Virus record (IMG/VR): IMGVR_UViG_2917802685_000001
Location: 64,001-128,000 of that record
Length of the DNA stretch: 64,000 nucleotides
Source of the DNA: a virus
Taxonomy: Duplodnaviria; Caudoviricetes
Reading direction: 5' to 3' (one strand)
Part shown: in pieces, positions 8,703 to 17,860 of the stretch
Numbering within the stretch: position 1 is the first letter of the stretch
How the letters are laid out: each line of letters begins with the position of its first letter
The notes under the pieces: model-generated
Told to the model about the DNA's origin: nothing
What the model saw: the letters and a program-made list of their open reading frames with translations, nothing else
Database searches by the model: none
Translations under genes and position numbers: made by a program

Positions 8703-9203
8703 TCAGCCCATCTCGCGGGCGGCCTGGCGCTCCCTCTCCATCTCGGCGGAGATCATGCGGTACTCCTTGCGCAGGGCCTGCAACAGCGGGCCCGCCTCCG
8801 GCTGGACGGGGACGCGGACGCGGCGCATCTCCTCGCGGGCCACCTCCGCCGACGCCTCCCACTCCCGGACCGCTACGCGCATGGCGGCCAGCACGAACTT
8901 GTTGAAGATCTTCAGGTCTGGGTTCGCCATGAGGAACTTCTGCCAGTGCGCCCCCAGTGCGGGGTCGGCATAGATCGTCTTCTTCGGGAACTGGGGGATC
9001 GCGCCTTCGGCGTACAGCAGGTCCATGGGCGGCATCTGGAAGTCCAGGTCCATGTCCAGCTGCAGCCCGCCCTCGTCGGCCGGGGGATTGGCCTGCGGCG
9101 CGGGCTCCGGCTGGGGCTCCGGCTCCGGTACGGCCTTCAGCGCCGCCTCCTTCGCCCGCTGCTTCGCCAGATACGCCTGCTGCCGGGCCTTGCTGCTTCC
9201 CAC
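8703..9203 (-). CDS. hypothetical protein
   Basis: GAGAGG RBS, GC3-biased codons. Confidence 0.65.
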   Translation of the reverse strand: MGSSKARQQAYLAKQRAKEAALKAVPEPEPQPEPAPQANPPADEGGLQLDMDLDFQMPPMDLLYAEGAIPQFPKKTIYADPALGAHWQKFLMANPDLKIFNKFVLAAMRVAVREWEASAEVAREEMRRVRVPVQPEAGPLLQALRKEYRMISAEMERERQAAREMG

Positions 9204-9278
9204 TGGTCGCCCTCTCGATCGTGGTGGACGACCAGTGTATCCCGTTTCAACGGTTCAACGGATTTCCGTTTTTCGGTG

Positions 9279-10283
9279 TCACAGCACGTCGCGCATCGCG
9301 TTGTCCTTGCTGTTCGGCCGGATGTAGATGTGCACCTGCGTGCCCTCCTTCGACCAGCCGCCCTGGTCGCAGATGGCGCTGGTCGACGCTCCGGCCTGGG
9401 AAGCGGCCGAGGCGCCCGAGCCTCGCAGGGTGTGAGCTGAGTGCCGGGTGTTCTTCGGGGGCGTGAGCCCAGCCGCCTTCGCCGTCGTCTTCACCAGCGT
9501 GTTCACCCACGACGCGTCCAGGCCGTACGGCAGGATGTTGTCGGACCGGGAGACGCGCCGGAACAGCGGGCCGTCCGTGATGCCCTGCGCCGTCAGCTCG
9601 TCCACCCACGCCCGCAGCGCGCCGACGGGGTCGGACAGCTCGTGGCTGCCCGGGGGGAGGGTGACATTGTGCCCCTCGGCCTCCTGGTCGGTCTTGGAGT
9701 ACGTCTTGAGCATGTCGGCGTCGCCGTCGTCGAGGAAGACAAGGTCCTGCAGGTCGAAGCGGACCAGGTTCGAGCGCCGGGCGAAGGACGACATGCCGAC
9801 GGTCAGGATCGCGCGGTCCCGCAGCGTTGCGACGCGGCCGGGCGGCAGGGTGGCCACCATCCGCCGCAGCTCCTCCGGGTTGACGATGGCGGCCTGCATC
9901 GGCCGGTACCCCTTGTCGGCCCGCTCCTTCTTGTACTGGCTCACGATGCGCCAGGCGTCGCCGGTGTCGGGCATCAGCTTCTCGTCCACGTTGGCCTGGT
10001 CGTGGAAGAACACCACGGCGGAGATGCCCTGCTTGATCGCCGACACCGAGTCCCCGGCGTCGGCGCGGTCGGCCACCCAGTTCGTCAGGGTGTCCGTGGC
10101 GCACGGCAGGTCGATCTCACCCCCGGCAGCGCACCAGTCCTCGAACTTCTTCACCTCACGCTTGTAGGCGCGGAACGTCTCGTCCGGCACCGAGCCCTGC
10201 AGGCGGCGCCGGGCGGCATCCGAGAGCCGGGCCCGGCGCGGCCGGACGGCGGGCCCAGCGCCGTTGACAGGCTGCAGGCTCAC
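9279..10283 (-). CDS. Cre-like tyrosine recombinase/integrase
   Basis: RDRAILTVG..FARRSNL, SKTDQEAEG, HTLR, QGGW, IYIR: full R-K-H-R-W-Y set. Confidence 0.9.
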   Translation of the reverse strand: MSLQPVNGAGPAVRPRRARLSDAARRRLQGSVPDETFRAYKREVKKFEDWCAAGGEIDLPCATDTLTNWVADRADAGDSVSAIKQGISAVVFFHDQANVDEKLMPDTGDAWRIVSQYKKERADKGYRPMQAAIVNPEELRRMVATLPPGRVATLRDRAILTVGMSSFARRSNLVRFDLQDLVFLDDGDADMLKTYSKTDQEAEGHNVTLPPGSHELSDPVGALRAWVDELTAQGITDGPLFRRVSRSDNILPYGLDASWVNTLVKTTAKAAGLTPPKNTRHSAHTLRGSGASAASQAGASTSAICDQGGWSKEGTQVHIYIRPNSKDNAMRDVL

Positions 10284-10708
10284 CGTGCCGTGCCGTAGCG
10301 CTGCTGGATCTCGGCATGGCACGGGATGCAGGTGCTGTGTCCAAACCCGTGGGCCAGGATGGCGAACTCCTCACGGTCGAACCAGGTGAAGCAGGAGCCG
10401 CACAGCTCCTGCCGTACGGGGTCGGCGGGCGGCTCGCAGTGCAGGCGGAAGCCGGTCCGGCGCTTCTTGCCCGCCTTCGTGGTGTCGGTCGGGTGCAGGT
10501 TGCGCAGCGCGATCCACCGGTAGCCGCCCATCCGTTGGCCGCCGGTGGGATCCCAGACCCTGACCCTGTCGCCGTCCACCCCGTCCACGACGAACGGCTT
10601 GCTGCGCGACTCCCCCCAGAGGTATTCCGTCTTGCACGGTGCGTACGTCTGCCACCGCTTCACCTCGAAGGGCGGCTGTGCGTCGGTGGTTTCGGTGCTG
10701 GCGGTCAC
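10280..10708 (-). CDS. hypothetical protein translationally coupled to the recombinase
   Basis: GAGGGGG RBS; CGSC/CIPC; stop overlaps recombinase GTG. Confidence 0.65.
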   Translation of the reverse strand: MTASTETTDAQPPFEVKRWQTYAPCKTEYLWGESRSKPFVVDGVDGDRVRVWDPTGGQRMGGYRWIALRNLHPTDTTKAGKKRRTGFRLHCEPPADPVRQELCGSCFTWFDREEFAILAHGFGHSTCIPCHAEIQQRYGTAR

Positions 10709-10748
10709 CTGGTCCCCCTCAGATTTTTCAATGTCACGGTAACTCAGG

Positions 10749-11006
10749 TTACCGGAGGTGTCGGCTTTCCACGCCGCAACTCCCGTGCCGGTCACGGGGG
10801 AAGCCGCACGCCGAGCCGCCCGCCGTCGGCGCGCTGCAGTCGTCGTAGCCGAGGGACCAATAGTCGCTTTCCTCGTAGAGGACGGCTGTGATCTCGTTGG
10901 GCTCGTGGTCGGCGTCCTCCGGGTGCGGCCCGTACAGCTCGGGCTCGTTCGTCCACTTGATCATTTGGGCGCCGACCGAGAGATCGGTCCACTCTGTTGA
11001 GTCCAT
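10749..11006 (-). CDS. hypothetical protein
   Basis: AGGGG RBS before ATG. Confidence 0.45.
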   Translation of the reverse strand: MDSTEWTDLSVGAQMIKWTNEPELYGPHPEDADHEPNEITAVLYEESDYWSLGYDDCSAPTAGGSACGFPRDRHGSCGVESRHLR

Positions 11007-11144
11007 ACCCCTATGGACGGAGTCACCCGGCCGGTTGTTACAGCCCCCGTCCGCACGCAGCTCACACAGGTTCTACACAGCAACCCCCGTAACCATGTTC
11101 GATCATGATTCGTTGACTCATCAGTAACGTGTCGCTCCACACAT

Positions 11145-11160
11145 TCGAACGAAGATTCGA
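11145..11160. promoter_or_regulatory. possible LexA (SOS) box
   Basis: TCGAAC-GAAG-ATTCGA, one mismatch to TCGAAC-N4-GTTCGA, in a lower-GC intergenic region. Confidence 0.4.
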
Positions 11161-11460
11161 TAGCGTGGGCGTGAACCGAGAGGAGGTACCGAAGTCGCCC
11201 GAGCGCAGGATCGTTCTCACAAAAGTGTGTCCACGTCGAGAAGTTGACGATAGAACTGAACAAGGCTCATCTGTCTTCACTACGTGTGGCCTGCACTAAC
11301 GTTGCACCCACCCCCTCAATGGGGTAGGTTCCGAATGCCGCGACTTTCAACTATCTGTCTCGACGCATTCTGGGTCCGCCCGGCCACCCGCCACCCGGGC
11401 GAGCGCATCGAGCGATGAGGGCGATAAATGCGCACGTATCGATAGAGAAAAGGCAAGGAC

Positions 11461-11931
11461 ATGAGTGTGGAGTCCTCTGCCGAAAATGACCCGGAATCCC
11501 GCCCCGAGTCATTTCGGCTTGAACACCGCAGAATGCCAAAGCGCGCGTACCTAATGGCAGTGGCAACTGGAGTCGCCTGCCTATTCGCCGGGTTCTCCAT
11601 AGCCTCCCAGTCGATTCCCCCGGCGCCGTTGCCGTCGGCCACCGCAGCGCCGCACACGCTGCAGGCGCCCACCGACTGGACCGTTCCCGGGGAGGGTGAG
11701 TTCCTCGTCGGCATGGGCCAGCAGGCCGACATCCGCCCCGGCCTCTACCGCTCGTCGGGCAACGTTCAGCGGTGCTCATGGCAGCGGGAGAAGGACGCCA
11801 CCGGGGAGCACGTCATCGCCAGCGACAGCGCTCAGGGGATCACGTACGTCGAGCTGCACTCCGGGGAGTTCTTCGATACCTCCCTCTGCACCACATGGCA
11901 TCGTATGGCTAGTCCAAAGGCACCCAGATGA
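11461..11931 (+). CDS. membrane-anchored/secreted protein
   Basis: Single TM, then GEGEFLVG..DIRPGLYRS...CSWQR...CTTW. Confidence 0.65.
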   Translation: MSVESSAENDPESRPESFRLEHRRMPKRAYLMAVATGVACLFAGFSIASQSIPPAPLPSATAAPHTLQAPTDWTVPGEGEFLVGMGQQADIRPGLYRSSGNVQRCSWQREKDATGEHVIASDSAQGITYVELHSGEFFDTSLCTTWHRMASPKAPR

Positions 11932-12032
11932 GGCAGTCTTGAGCGACGGCCTCCCGTGGTCGATTCTGGGAACGACGACGCCCCCGGCAACTCATCTGCC
12001 GGGGGCGTCTCCGTGTACGAGGGGCCGCTACA

Positions 12033-12233
12033 TCAGCCCTTGACGCTGGCGACGAACGACGACCAGGCGGCCGGGCTCACCGTGATGACGGTGCTGCGGG
12101 CCGGGTCCTTGCTGTCGGCGACACCAACGTCCACGACGTCGGCGCCGACCGTGCCCTTGCGGGTCTCGATGCAGGCTTCTCCGCTGCCTGCGCTGTAGGA
12201 GGACTTCCTCCACGGGGTGTACTGCTTCTCCAT
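12033..12233 (-). CDS. DUF397 (BldB-like) protein
   Basis: WRKSSYS...CIE...VADSKDP...AAWSSFV. Confidence 0.9.
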   Translation of the reverse strand: MEKQYTPWRKSSYSAGSGEACIETRKGTVGADVVDVGVADSKDPARSTVITVSPAAWSSFVASVKG

Positions 12234-12257
12234 CTGTGCCTTTCCTTCCATCTCTCG

Positions 12258-13148
12258 TCAACTCCCCAGCTTCTTGAGGAGTCCGTGCAAGTATCGGCGA
12301 GTTTCCGCCGGAGACAATGCCTGGCTGATGAGCTGCTCATATCTGGCTCGATACGAGCGCACTCGGTCAGGGTCGTCACTGAAAGAGCCGTCGCCGTGGT
12401 AACCCTCACGGAAAATCATGTCGATGTTGTCATCGAGTGTCAGGAGACTGAACGAGCCTGCCAGTCCAGTGTGCAGGCCGGTCTCCATCGGCAGAACCTG
12501 GATGGTCGCTGCCATCTCGCCCTGATCGAGCAGATGCCGGACCTGGTCGGGGTGGGCGGTCTTGTTCGTGACGCTCGGCGGCGTCAGGACGGCCGCCTCG
12601 CCGAGGATGACCCAGAGCCGGGGCGGAGCCGGTTCCACACGGTCGAGGATCGTCTTGCGGGCCTCGCGCAGCTTCATGCGGTCAGTCTCGACACCTCCCT
12701 CGGCAGGGGGGCGCGGGCCGGTGATCGCCGTATCGCTGGCGCGGATGGCCTCCTCAGAGTACGCCTTCGTCTGCAGGAGGCCGTGTATCACGACCGGCTC
12801 GAACGCCCGGATCTCCCGGGCGAGGGACTCCACGTCGGCGTAGTCCTCGAACGAGGGGCCGAGGCTGTTGCCGTAGGGCCCCCAGGGGCCCTTGGTCGCC
12901 GAAATCTCCGCCCACTTCGTCCACTTGGCGATCGTCTCCGGATCGGTGACCTCGTACAGCTCGGCCAGGGCCGGGATCTTCTCCACGGGGACGGGCGCGA
13001 TGCCGTCCTCCTGGCGGTAGACGACCGGCTGCGACATGCCAGTCGCCTGGACCACCGTCTTGACCTCGACGTCGGCGGCCTCGCGGGCACGCCGGAGCAT
13101 GTTGCCGAGGATCGTTCTCCTCAGCGTTTGGCGGGCCTTGTACGCCAC
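12258..13148 (-). CDS. XRE-family HTH regulator with DUF5753 domain (WhiJ/Scr1-like)
   Basis: LGNMLRRAREAA HTH; FEPVVIHGLLQTKAY; LWVILGEAAV; TIQVLP; ALSPAET. Confidence 0.9.
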   Translation of the reverse strand: MAYKARQTLRRTILGNMLRRAREAADVEVKTVVQATGMSQPVVYRQEDGIAPVPVEKIPALAELYEVTDPETIAKWTKWAEISATKGPWGPYGNSLGPSFEDYADVESLAREIRAFEPVVIHGLLQTKAYSEEAIRASDTAITGPRPPAEGGVETDRMKLREARKTILDRVEPAPPRLWVILGEAAVLTPPSVTNKTAHPDQVRHLLDQGEMAATIQVLPMETGLHTGLAGSFSLLTLDDNIDMIFREGYHGDGSFSDDPDRVRSYRARYEQLISQALSPAETRRYLHGLLKKLGS

Positions 13149-13219
13149 GTGTCCTCCCCGGTCGACGCGCTGGCCCACAGTCTGCACCTCGCAGCCCTCC
13201 TCGACCAACACACGGTAGA

Positions 13220-13259
13220 GAGAATTCTCCCCACAGGGCTTGCGAACGCGAGAATTCTC
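13220..13259. promoter_or_regulatory. two GAGAATTCTC palindromes in a divergent promoter region
   Basis: Copies at 13220-13229 and 13250-13259; also at 7679-7688 and 39308-39317. Confidence 0.6.
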
Positions 13260-13346
13260 CGCGACGGTGGGTGACAACCCGCTTGCGCCATGTACCGCAA
13301 CGGTGTGAGGGGGCCTCACCTGCCCATCCTGCAACGGGAGTTACAC

Positions 13347-13826
13347 ATGCACTCCCCGACTCGCCAGGGACCGCCAAACCTGGCTTCGCTTGGGAACATC
13401 CGCTTCACCCAGGCTTACCGGAAGGAACCGGAGAGCGTCCCGCTCGCCCGCCAGCGGTTCCGAGAAGCCGCCCACGACGGCAAGCTCGACGTCGAACTCT
13501 TCCAGAGGGCCGAACTGTGCCTGTGCGAGCTGGCCGCGAACGCCGTCCGGCACGCCCACGACCCCCGGAGGAACAACCAGATCCTCACCGAGGTCACGAT
13601 CCGCGTCATACGCCGCCGCCCCCACCTGGAGATCAGTGTGTGGGACATCGACGGGCGTCGGATCCCCGACATCCCGAACCCGGACACGGCCGCTCTGCAG
13701 CTCGCCGACGTGTCCGACGGGGCAATTGGCGGGCGCGGGCTGCTGCTTATCGCCGCCATGACCGACGAGATCGGCTACGACCTGAGACCGCAGGGCAAGC
13801 GCATCTGGTGCCGCTGGGCCCTCTGA
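13347..13826 (+). CDS. HATPase_c ATP-binding protein (anti-sigma-like)
   Basis: ELAANAVRHA, VWD, GGRGLLLI, GKRIWC. Confidence 0.9.
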   Translation: MHSPTRQGPPNLASLGNIRFTQAYRKEPESVPLARQRFREAAHDGKLDVELFQRAELCLCELAANAVRHAHDPRRNNQILTEVTIRVIRRRPHLEISVWDIDGRRIPDIPNPDTAALQLADVSDGAIGGRGLLLIAAMTDEIGYDLRPQGKRIWCRWAL

Positions 13827-13854
13827 CCCCTCCCCCGGTGGACCGCCCCCGCTC

Positions 13855-13885
13855 TTGACGCGCGCAACAATTGGTGCGCTAGAGT
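13855..13885 (+). promoter_or_regulatory. Palindrome promoter copy 3 (19-bp spacer)
   Basis: TTGACG-cgc-GCAAC-aatt-GGTGC-gc-TAGAGT. Confidence 0.8.
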
Positions 13886-14012
13886 GGGGGTGTCGTCGTT
13901 GAAGTTGGAAATACGTCGCGCAGCCCACCGCCATGGAGCGGCGCATAACGTGAACAGCTCGACGACCGAGTAAGGGCATCCGCCAGTCCTTCACCGTCAG
14001 GAGTCCCCCGCC

Positions 14013-14549
14013 ATGGACACCATTTCTCTTGGTCAGTTCACTTCCGATCTCCGTTCCGATATCGAGGAAAGAATTCCCGCCGGGGAACTCACCCCCGGGC
14101 GAATCATCGCGAGCGGAACATGGAAAGGGCATGTCGTCGTCGAATTGCCGGAGCGGCTGAACGGCCACACCACGACGCTCGTCCTCGCCCTGCGTCACCT
14201 CGCGGGCGGCCACACCGTCCGCCCGTACTACCCCGGCGGCAGCCCTGTACGCGTCTACCGCACGAGCCTGCCGGAGGCCCTCCTCGCCGACGTGCCCTTC
14301 GCCCCGCCGTGCGTCATCCCCGACGAGCCCGCCGTCGGCGACCGCGTCGTGATGCACTGGCACACCGAGGGCCACAGCCCCCACGTCCACGAGTGGGACG
14401 GAGAGGACTGGTTCTCGCCCGCCATCCCGGAGGACGGATACCCCAGGGCCGAGCGGTACAGCACGATGACCGTCCGCGCCTGGGTCCGGCTCACGGACAC
14501 GCCCATCCAGTACGGCTGGTACGTGTACGAGCCCGCAAAGGCCGCCTGA
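14013..14549 (+). CDS. hypothetical protein
   Basis: AGGAG RBS. Confidence 0.7.
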   Translation: MDTISLGQFTSDLRSDIEERIPAGELTPGRIIASGTWKGHVVVELPERLNGHTTTLVLALRHLAGGHTVRPYYPGGSPVRVYRTSLPEALLADVPFAPPCVIPDEPAVGDRVVMHWHTEGHSPHVHEWDGEDWFSPAIPEDGYPRAERYSTMTVRAWVRLTDTPIQYGWYVYEPAKAA

Positions 14550-14581
14550 CCTGCTCGTTTATCGGGCGTTGATCGAACGGC

Positions 14582-14612
14582 TTGACATAGGCAACAGTTG
14601 TTGCGCTAGAGT
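14582..14612 (+). promoter_or_regulatory. Palindrome promoter copy 4 (19-bp spacer)
   Basis: TTGACA-tag-GCAAC-agtt-GTTGC-gc-TAGAGT. Confidence 0.85.
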
Positions 14613-14660
14613 GAGATCTGTTGGAGCAGCGCCCCGCCATCCCGCCACCCGGAGAACACC

Positions 14661-15488
14661 ATGAGCACCGAGACCGTCGAGGCCGTCGAGCCCTACCGCA
14701 TCGCCGAGCACCTCAGCCGCACGATCTTCGCCTCGCTCTTCCCGCACGACCCGGAGAACAACGAGAAGCGCCACGCGGCCCGGCGCAGCAGCCTGGCCCC
14801 CGAGCTGCTCATCCCGCCCGTCGAGGCCGCCGCCGACGTCGAGGTCGACGACATCCTCGTCGTCGTCGAGGACGACGCGTACGGCAACGCCCTGCGCACC
14901 CACACCGCCCGCGACATCCTCATGCGCCAGGCGCGCACCCACCTCGTGCGGGTGCTCTCCAAGAGCGCGAGGTCCCTCGTCGTGAAGTGGGTCGACCTGC
15001 CCCGGGGCAACTGGCACATCAACCTGGCCGAGTTCGGCACGCCGTACGACCTCCACGAGCCGCAGCGCCTCATGCTCAGCTCCACCTCCCGGGAGATCGG
15101 CCGCCTCGGCACCGTCGAGGAGCTGCGCCAGAAGCTGGCCGCTCACCCCCAGTTCGGCGAGTGGCAGGCCGCCTACACCGCCGCCGTCGCCGAGCAGGAG
15201 GCCCGCGACGCCGCCAGCAAGGCCGAACGAGAGTCCGAGGCCGCCCGCCTGGTGCCCCTCAAGGCCGCCGTCGCCGGGCTCAACAAGCTCGCGGGTGAGC
15301 CCCTGGTCGAGCTGACCTACAGCAACTCCGTCATCGGCGTCACCCGCTGGCTGCACGCGAACGACTTCATGCGGACGCGCGTCTACCTCGCCGGACTCAA
15401 CGCCGTCGGCAACCTCCCCGACGACCAGCACCGCGAGGCCCTGCTGCACCTCGACGTGATCATCGCCGCCGCCAAGGGCAAGCGGTGA
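14661..15488 (+). CDS. hypothetical protein
   Basis: GGAG RBS, GC3 bias. Confidence 0.75.
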   Translation: MSTETVEAVEPYRIAEHLSRTIFASLFPHDPENNEKRHAARRSSLAPELLIPPVEAAADVEVDDILVVVEDDAYGNALRTHTARDILMRQARTHLVRVLSKSARSLVVKWVDLPRGNWHINLAEFGTPYDLHEPQRLMLSSTSREIGRLGTVEELRQKLAAHPQFGEWQAAYTAAVAEQEARDAASKAERESEAARLVPLKAAVAGLNKLAGEPLVELTYSNSVIGVTRWLHANDFMRTRVYLAGLNAVGNLPDDQHREALLHLDVIIAAAKGKR

Positions 15489-15982
15489 GCGGCCCGCGCG
15501 CCTGCCTCTCCTGCGGCCAGAACTCGGCGTTCGTCCGCCGGGTGCGCTGCGGCCGTTGCGGCGACCAGGTGCACCCGTCCTGCCGGGACCTCACCAGCGT
15601 CTGTTACCAGTGCCGATACCGGCAGGCCCGCGAGGGCGGCATCACCGGCGACATGCTGCGGCCCTCTCAGGCCGGTGAGAGCCCGTTCGAGCGCAACCAG
15701 CCCGCCACCGTCGCCGCCGGTCAGCCGGTGCCGAAGGTGGCGAGCCTGGAGGAGCGGTACGGCAAGAGCGCCAACGAGGTGCGCGTGCTGACGGCCGCCG
15801 TCTGGGCCGGATGGCACATCGAGAAGCGCGAGGAGTACAGCGGCGTCGTGACGGTGCGCAAGCACGGTCGCGGGTACCTGCGGCTGTACTTCTCGGTCGA
15901 CGGCCGCATCGTCAACGCCTCGACCCAGCGCCGGAACCTCCCCCTACAGACCCCCAAGATCATCGAGTACCTGGAGAAGTGA
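15485..15982 (+). CDS. Cys-rich Zn-finger protein
   Basis: CLSC, CGRC, H..C, CYQC; GTGA overlap. Confidence 0.65.
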   Translation: MSGPRACLSCGQNSAFVRRVRCGRCGDQVHPSCRDLTSVCYQCRYRQAREGGITGDMLRPSQAGESPFERNQPATVAAGQPVPKVASLEERYGKSANEVRVLTAAVWAGWHIEKREEYSGVVTVRKHGRGYLRLYFSVDGRIVNASTQRRNLPLQTPKIIEYLEK

Positions 15983-16269
15983 TGGGACTGCCCCGCAAGA
16001 ACCCGCCTGCGCCGGGGGAGTACTGCAGTACGACGACAACCAGATACCCCGGTCCGTGCGGCTCCCCGGCTGTATGGCTCGTGTTCTACGCCTGCGACAA
16101 GACCGGCGAGGCGAAGAACGCGAACGCTTGCGGCTCGCACCTGGGCAAACTGCTGGCCGAACTCACGCCGGAAGCGGAATACTCCCGCGAGATGTTCCGC
16201 GTGCTGCCGTGGGACGTCGCCATCGCTGAGCACAAGAAGCGGGCCGCCGCCGAGGCGGCCACCGCGTGA
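15982..16269 (+). CDS. hypothetical protein
   Basis: TGATG coupling; CGSH. Confidence 0.6.
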   Translation: MGLPRKNPPAPGEYCSTTTTRYPGPCGSPAVWLVFYACDKTGEAKNANACGSHLGKLLAELTPEAEYSREMFRVLPWDVAIAEHKKRAAAEAATA

Positions 16270-16523
16270 CCGGAGAGACCTGCGGCGCCGAGCACCCTGA
16301 GGACCCCCGCACGCTGTGCACCCGCGAGCCGCACCAGAACCAGGGTTTCCACTCCGAGCGCCACACCCGCACCGTCTGGCCCGCCGACCCAGTCCCGGCC
16401 GTCCAGGGCACCGGCCGGGCCGCCCTCGCCGCCATCGCCGCCCGCACCACCCGACACCACCACACCGGCCCCGCCAGTGAGGCCGTCAGCAGCTGGAGGA
16501 ACCACGAGGACGCCGACAGGTAG
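16266..16523 (+). CDS. hypothetical protein (C...C...PH...H)
   Basis: GTGA overlap. Confidence 0.55.
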   Translation: MTGETCGAEHPEDPRTLCTREPHQNQGFHSERHTRTVWPADPVPAVQGTGRAALAAIAARTTRHHHTGPASEAVSSWRNHEDADR

Positions 16524-16552
16524 CGGGGCGGGGTGTCAGTGGCCTCCCCTAC

Positions 16553-16583
16553 GGTGGCGCCGGGTGTGAAGCCCGGCGCCACC
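16553..16583 (+). terminator. hairpin terminator directly before a promoter copy
   Basis: GGTGGCGCCGGG/CCCGGCGCCACC followed by TGCGTTTT. Confidence 0.7.
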
Positions 16584-16601
16584 TGCGTTTTCCGGCCCGA
16601 G

Positions 16602-16630
16602 TAGACAGGCAACGATTGATGCCTTAGAGT
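16602..16630 (+). promoter_or_regulatory. Palindrome promoter copy 5 (17-bp spacer)
   Basis: TAGACA-g-GCAAC-gatt-GATGC-ct-TAGAGT. Confidence 0.85.
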
Positions 16631-16664
16631 GGGGGCCATCTTCCCGCCAAGAGGAGCACACACG

Positions 16665-17792
16665 ATGACCGACAAGCCCCTGACCGAGATGACGCCGGTC
16701 GAGATCGACACCGAGCTGTCCCGGCTCTGGAACGACGAGGCGCAGGCCGAGGCCCGCCGCCTCAGCCTCCAGGCCTCCCTGCACAAGCAGGTCGGGGACG
16801 AGGGGCGCCGGGTGCGCGGCGCGCGGGGACTGGTCTTCTCCCTGTCCTGGGAACAGGTCCTGGAAAAGGCCCTGATGAAGGCCCTCGCCCCGCACACCGA
16901 GTTCGAGGCCGTCGTCGCCCGCGACGTCAAGCAGGTGCTGACCAACTGGGCCATGGCGGCCCGGGAGCTGGAGGTACTGGCGGCCGAGATCAAGCCGTAC
17001 GTCGACGAGTACGTGCGCCGGGGCCGCTGGAACCGCGTCTTCCTGGCCCAGAGCCACGACGGCCACGCCCACAACGGCACCGAGTGCACCACCTGCCACC
17101 ACGGCGAGGAGCGCACTCAGTTCGCGTGGCTGATCCAGTACTCCGGTAAGACCGAGGCCGAGATCGTCGCCGACGCCGGATGGCGCGCCTGCACCACCTG
17201 CTACCCGAGCGCCCCGGTCGGCGACGAGAAGACCCTCCCCACCAAGATGTTCACCCCGGACGAGGAGACGGCCCGCAAGGCCCGCGAGGAACGCGAGGAG
17301 GTGCGGACGCGGCGCGCGGCCAACAAGACCGCCAAGGGCATCACCGCCCCCGACGGCGGCCCCCTGCGCGACCGGCACGGCAGCCGGATCGAGACCGAGC
17401 GCGCGGCCGTCATCGAGGCGACCGACGGCCTGTCCGAGCGGTACAAGAACCTGAGGATCGAGCAGATCCTGACGGCCGACCCCGACCTGACGCCGTTCTT
17501 CTTCGACCGCGACAAGCGCACCGAGAACGAGGCCCGTGACCGCTCGCACGCGATGAACCTGATCGTGGCCATCGCGCACAAGCGGGGGGTCAGCGATGAA
17601 GAGGTGCTGGCCGAGCTGGAGCCCAAGGCGCTCGCCAAGGCCAAGCGCGACCTCGGTGGCAAGGACTGGGCGCCCCGCTTCCGCTACTCCGCGTCCTTCC
17701 ATGAGGGCGTGTTCGACGCCTACACGGCCAAGTGCAAGGCCGAGGAGCGCAAGCCCTTCGAGGCCCTGACGCTGCGCTGGGCCAAGTTCTAG
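16665..17792 (+). CDS. actinophage-type hypothetical protein with His/Cys motif
   Basis: WNRVFL..GHAH...CTTC...AG.RACTTCYPSAPV. Confidence 0.75.
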   Translation: MTDKPLTEMTPVEIDTELSRLWNDEAQAEARRLSLQASLHKQVGDEGRRVRGARGLVFSLSWEQVLEKALMKALAPHTEFEAVVARDVKQVLTNWAMAARELEVLAAEIKPYVDEYVRRGRWNRVFLAQSHDGHAHNGTECTTCHHGEERTQFAWLIQYSGKTEAEIVADAGWRACTTCYPSAPVGDEKTLPTKMFTPDEETARKAREEREEVRTRRAANKTAKGITAPDGGPLRDRHGSRIETERAAVIEATDGLSERYKNLRIEQILTADPDLTPFFFDRDKRTENEARDRSHAMNLIVAIAHKRGVSDEEVLAELEPKALAKAKRDLGGKDWAPRFRYSASFHEGVFDAYTAKCKAEERKPFEALTLRWAKF

Positions 17793-17860
17793 ACCCCCGC
17801 CCGGCCCCGCCCGCCCAGGGCGGGGCACCCCGTTCCCACCTAGTACCAGGAGTGCCAGTC

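Noticed and set aside
9279-11460. attP/lox site for the Cre-like recombinase
   Set aside because: No 13-8-13-type inverted repeat or tRNA-derived core could be identified by eye
17800-17830. Fourth tRNA-like element
   Set aside because: Has the CCCCGCCC/GGGCGGGG hairpin but no T-arm or acceptor pairing; probably a terminator or remnant
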